A DNA stretch of 37,383 nucleotides from Chlamydiota bacterium. Lineage in GTDB: Bacteria; Chlamydiota; Chlamydiia; Chlamydiales; Rhabdochlamydiaceae. The stretch lies in assembly GCA_013041585.1 (NCBI GenBank), contig JABEVM010000073.1, forward strand, positions 1 through 37,383, in the 5' to 3' direction. The translations under genes and the position numbers were made by a program. The notes under the pieces were generated by a model, which made no database searches, had not been told where the DNA came from, and saw nothing but the letters and a program-made list of their open reading frames with translations. Every line of letters begins with the position of its first letter. The first letter of the stretch is position 1. Shown in pieces: positions 35,419 through 37,383 of the stretch.

Positions 35419-35718
35419 TTACACTATTTTTACTAGCCTTTGAGCCTGAATAGGGCTTGCTAAGCCATCTTTACACACTTCTTTTAAAATTTGTGTGTAC
35501 CCTTGACCGTGATAAGAATCATACGATTCTTGATCTGCAAACACTTCATAAAGAAAAAGGGATCGGTCACTTGGGTCAATCGATGCAGATAAAGAAAATA
35601 CCTCACATCCAGGAATTTCCAAAACACGCGGAACAATATCCTGAATCTTCTGCATAATTTCCGCGTAGCACTCCGGCTTAGGAGTAATTTTTAAGAAAAA
35701 CACAATTGATTCGTTCAT
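35419..35718 (-). CDS. ABM-domain (antibiotic biosynthesis monooxygenase / YgiN-like) protein
   Basis: 99 aa. Its ferredoxin-like pattern (IVFFLKITPKP......PGCEVFSL......LFLYEVFADQESYDSH-like) is typical of ABM. It lies 27 nt downstream of the MFS gene. Confidence 0.65.
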   Translation of the reverse strand: MNESIVFFLKITPKPECYAEIMQKIQDIVPRVLEIPGCEVFSLSASIDPSDRSLFLYEVFADQESYDSYHGQGYTQILKEVCKDGLASPIQAQRLVKIV

Positions 35719-35745
35719 AATTGCCTATACTAGATTTGAAAAATC

Positions 35746-36981
35746 TTAAATTTCCAATTTGCGCGTAGCGGGAGCTAAATGCTGATTTCGTATGTACAAC
35801 ATAACATAAAGCCCTAAGCAAGATGCTGTGGATAAAATCGCGAGCAGGCTCATAGGCTTTGTGCTCCCATCAAACAAGCTTGCTGCAATCCAGACAAGTC
35901 CGGAAGTCATAAGAAGTCGAAAGGATTGTGTAAACGACATCGCAGAACCAGTCAAGTTTTCTCCTATGTAGAACATAGAATAAGTAAAATAGATTGTCAT
36001 GGAAAGAGCACTTCCAAAGCTTGCGAGTGTCATGGTAGTGATGAGTAGCTGTGGAGAATCAATAGAAAAAAAGCTTAGGACTCCTAAAGTGAAGATTCCA
36101 AGTAAGTAAAATAGGCTTCCAATCATTTTTGTCGTCATCATCCCAATTTTTTTTATCAAATAAGCAGCGCCCATACTCCCGACGAAAAAAGCCGCCATAA
36201 TCGAGGCTTGGTAATACCCAAAAACCTCTTTTGCAACATGTAAATGATCTACAAAAATTAAAGACAGGTTGCTAATGAAAACAATGACAACACTGAACAT
36301 TAAGCACCAAATCACCGAATGCGCCATAAATGGGAAATTAAGAAGGAGCAATCCGTAATTTTTGAAAATGCTAGATGGGTTCAACTTGTTTCTTTTCTCT
36401 TTAGGGAGAGTCTCTTTAGTAAAGACTGCTGTACAAACAACTGTAATGATCGCTAGGACCGCAATTAAATAAAAATTCATCCTCCAGCCCATATGCAAAC
36501 TAATCCAATTCCCCAGCATTGGAGCGAGCGCCATCACACCCGATACGGCTCCATTGAGAATAGAAACAAGCCTAGAAGATCTTTCAGCTGGATACACATC
36601 AAATATGGTAGCAAGGCCAGAACTTACAATAGCGCCACAACCAACACCTTGTAGAAATCGATACAGAATCATAAGGCTTAATGAATCTGTCAGAGCGCAT
36701 CCGATACTTCCTAACATAAAAATAGAAAGTCCCGTGCAAAGCACAGATTTTCTTCCATAGGCATCGGAGGCGGGCCCAAAAAACAAGGACGATATGCATA
36801 GTCCTAAAAAATTCATGCTGAGAAGCATTTGGATCGCATCTTCATTTGTTTTAAAGTAGGTGACCATTTCGGGAAAGCTTGGAGTATAGATATCGGTTTC
36901 TATGTAGAAAGTAATAAAAGCCAGTAGCGTGATCCCTAAGAATAAAACTTCTTGATATTTGCTCTTAAAAAAAGAATTCAT
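35746..36981 (-). CDS. MFS transporter, Bcr/CflA-type drug-efflux subfamily
   Basis: The probable start is MNSFFKSK at 36981; the ORF is open to 37068. It has 12 TM segments, the MFS motif A region GPASDAYGRKSVL, and RFLQGVGCGA. Confidence 0.8.
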   Translation of the reverse strand: MNSFFKSKYQEVLFLGITLLAFITFYIETDIYTPSFPEMVTYFKTNEDAIQMLLSMNFLGLCISSLFFGPASDAYGRKSVLCTGLSIFMLGSIGCALTDSLSLMILYRFLQGVGCGAIVSSGLATIFDVYPAERSSRLVSILNGAVSGVMALAPMLGNWISLHMGWRMNFYLIAVLAIITVVCTAVFTKETLPKEKRNKLNPSSIFKNYGLLLLNFPFMAHSVIWCLMFSVVIVFISNLSLIFVDHLHVAKEVFGYYQASIMAAFFVGSMGAAYLIKKIGMMTTKMIGSLFYLLGIFTLGVLSFFSIDSPQLLITTMTLASFGSALSMTIYFTYSMFYIGENLTGSAMSFTQSFRLLMTSGLVWIAASLFDGSTKPMSLLAILSTASCLGLYVMLYIRNQHLAPATRKLEI

Positions 36982-37068
36982 ATGCACCCATCTTAAGTTA
37001 CAGATACTAGGATAAAAGAAGGGTTTATGAATTGCAAGATAGGAAAAACTAACACCCATATAAAACAC

Positions 37069-37104
37069 AATCGACGATTACAACATACGCTGCAATCGTC
37101 GATT
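37069..37104 (-). terminator. perfect 11-bp hairpin between the small K/A-rich ORF and the MFS gene (candidate terminator)
   Basis: AATCGACGATT-N14-AATCGTCGATT. On the minus strand it is followed by GTGTTTTAT. It lies 44 nt after the stop of the small ORF. Confidence 0.4.
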
Positions 37105-37147
37105 AATTACAAAACAAAACGTTAGTAAATCCGTGGAAGCGGGCTTA

Positions 37148-37225
37148 CTATTTTTTTGATTTGCTTTTTGCTTTTTTTGTAGCTGCTTTTTTAGGAGCTG
37201 CTTTTTTTGCTGCTTTCTTGGCCAT
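37148..37225 (-). CDS. 25-aa Lys/Ala-rich histone-H1-like small protein (not in the ORF track)
   Basis: ATG GCC AAG AAA ... AAA TAG translates to MAKKAAKKAAPKKAATKKAKSKSKK (12 Lys, 8 Ala). An AAGAGGA RBS lies 7 nt upstream and a hairpin lies downstream. The GCN/AAR periodicity stays in frame. Confidence 0.4.
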   Translation of the reverse strand: MAKKAAKKAAPKKAATKKAKSKSKK

Positions 37226-37383
37226 AGTATCCTCTTTGTTTAGGGTGCCTTACTTTTTTCATACATAATACAAAAAATTTAATTCAATAGATTCTTGTAT
37301 CTGCGAAAAAAAAACATGTTTTATTTTTTTCAAGCCTCTAACCGAAGCAATGAATCTGATTAAAATATAGCTTACATGTATAC

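Noticed and set aside
34222-35835. Two perfect DnaA-box 9-mers: TTATCCACA at 34222-34230 and TGTGGATAA at 35827-35835
   Set aside because: Both lie inside coding sequences (fabH and MFS), 1.6 kb apart, with no AT-rich unwinding region or box cluster between them. This is more likely chance than an origin. A genome-wide box count and GC skew analysis would settle it.
1-37383. Looked for CRISPR arrays, IS elements, integrases, toxin-antitoxin pairs and known defence-system signatures
   Set aside because: I saw no direct-repeat/spacer arrays, no DDE or tyrosine-recombinase motifs, and no nuclease/helicase/ATPase gene combinations typical of defence islands. The P-loop protein at 20051-20752 is zeta-toxin-like only at the Walker A level and has no adjacent antitoxin-sized gene.

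Overview
AT-rich bacterial chromosomal segment. It is best explained as an environmental, chlamydia-like member of the phylum Chlamydiae. Supporting signs: a convergent ileS/lepB neighbourhood as in Chlamydia, a 626-aa long-form signal peptidase I, and a 1041-aa type-2 (eukaryote-like) IleRS. Further signs are an ssrA whose ends match chlamydial tmRNA as I remember it, a chlamydial-type FabH and a Legionella/Simkania-type MOMP-like porin. I saw no rRNA, tRNA, CRISPR array, transposase or integrase.

The left ~17.4 kb looks mostly core. It holds two orphan large proteins, a TyrP-type permease and a YggU protein. It also holds a translationally coupled four-gene unit (small membrane protein, pncB, pncA, 12-TM transporter), an exported hypothetical protein, lepB, ileS and an RlmK-like methyltransferase.

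ssrA (17470-17843) marks a switch to a ~19.5 kb mosaic of short accessory units. These include PadR-SRPBCC, GntR-DUF2000-exported P-loop kinase, OsmC, two exported cupins, a methyltransferase and SnoaL plus a GC-rich APH kinase. They continue with an alpha/beta hydrolase, an SDR, MepB, a flavin reductase, NUDIX-FabH, VOC, ABM and MFS.

The most unusual items, in my order of interest:
1. An exported 873-aa protein whose C-terminal third to half is a cryptic Cys/Met-metabolism PLP-enzyme fold.
2. A eukaryote-like sterol-24-C-methyltransferase (ERG6/SMT) family gene.
3. The pnc operon with an attached uncharacterised transporter.
4. A secreted His/Asp-only protein.
5. An unannotated 25-codon Lys/Ala-rich histone-H1-like ORF at the right edge.

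All family assignments come from motif recognition by eye and need database confirmation.
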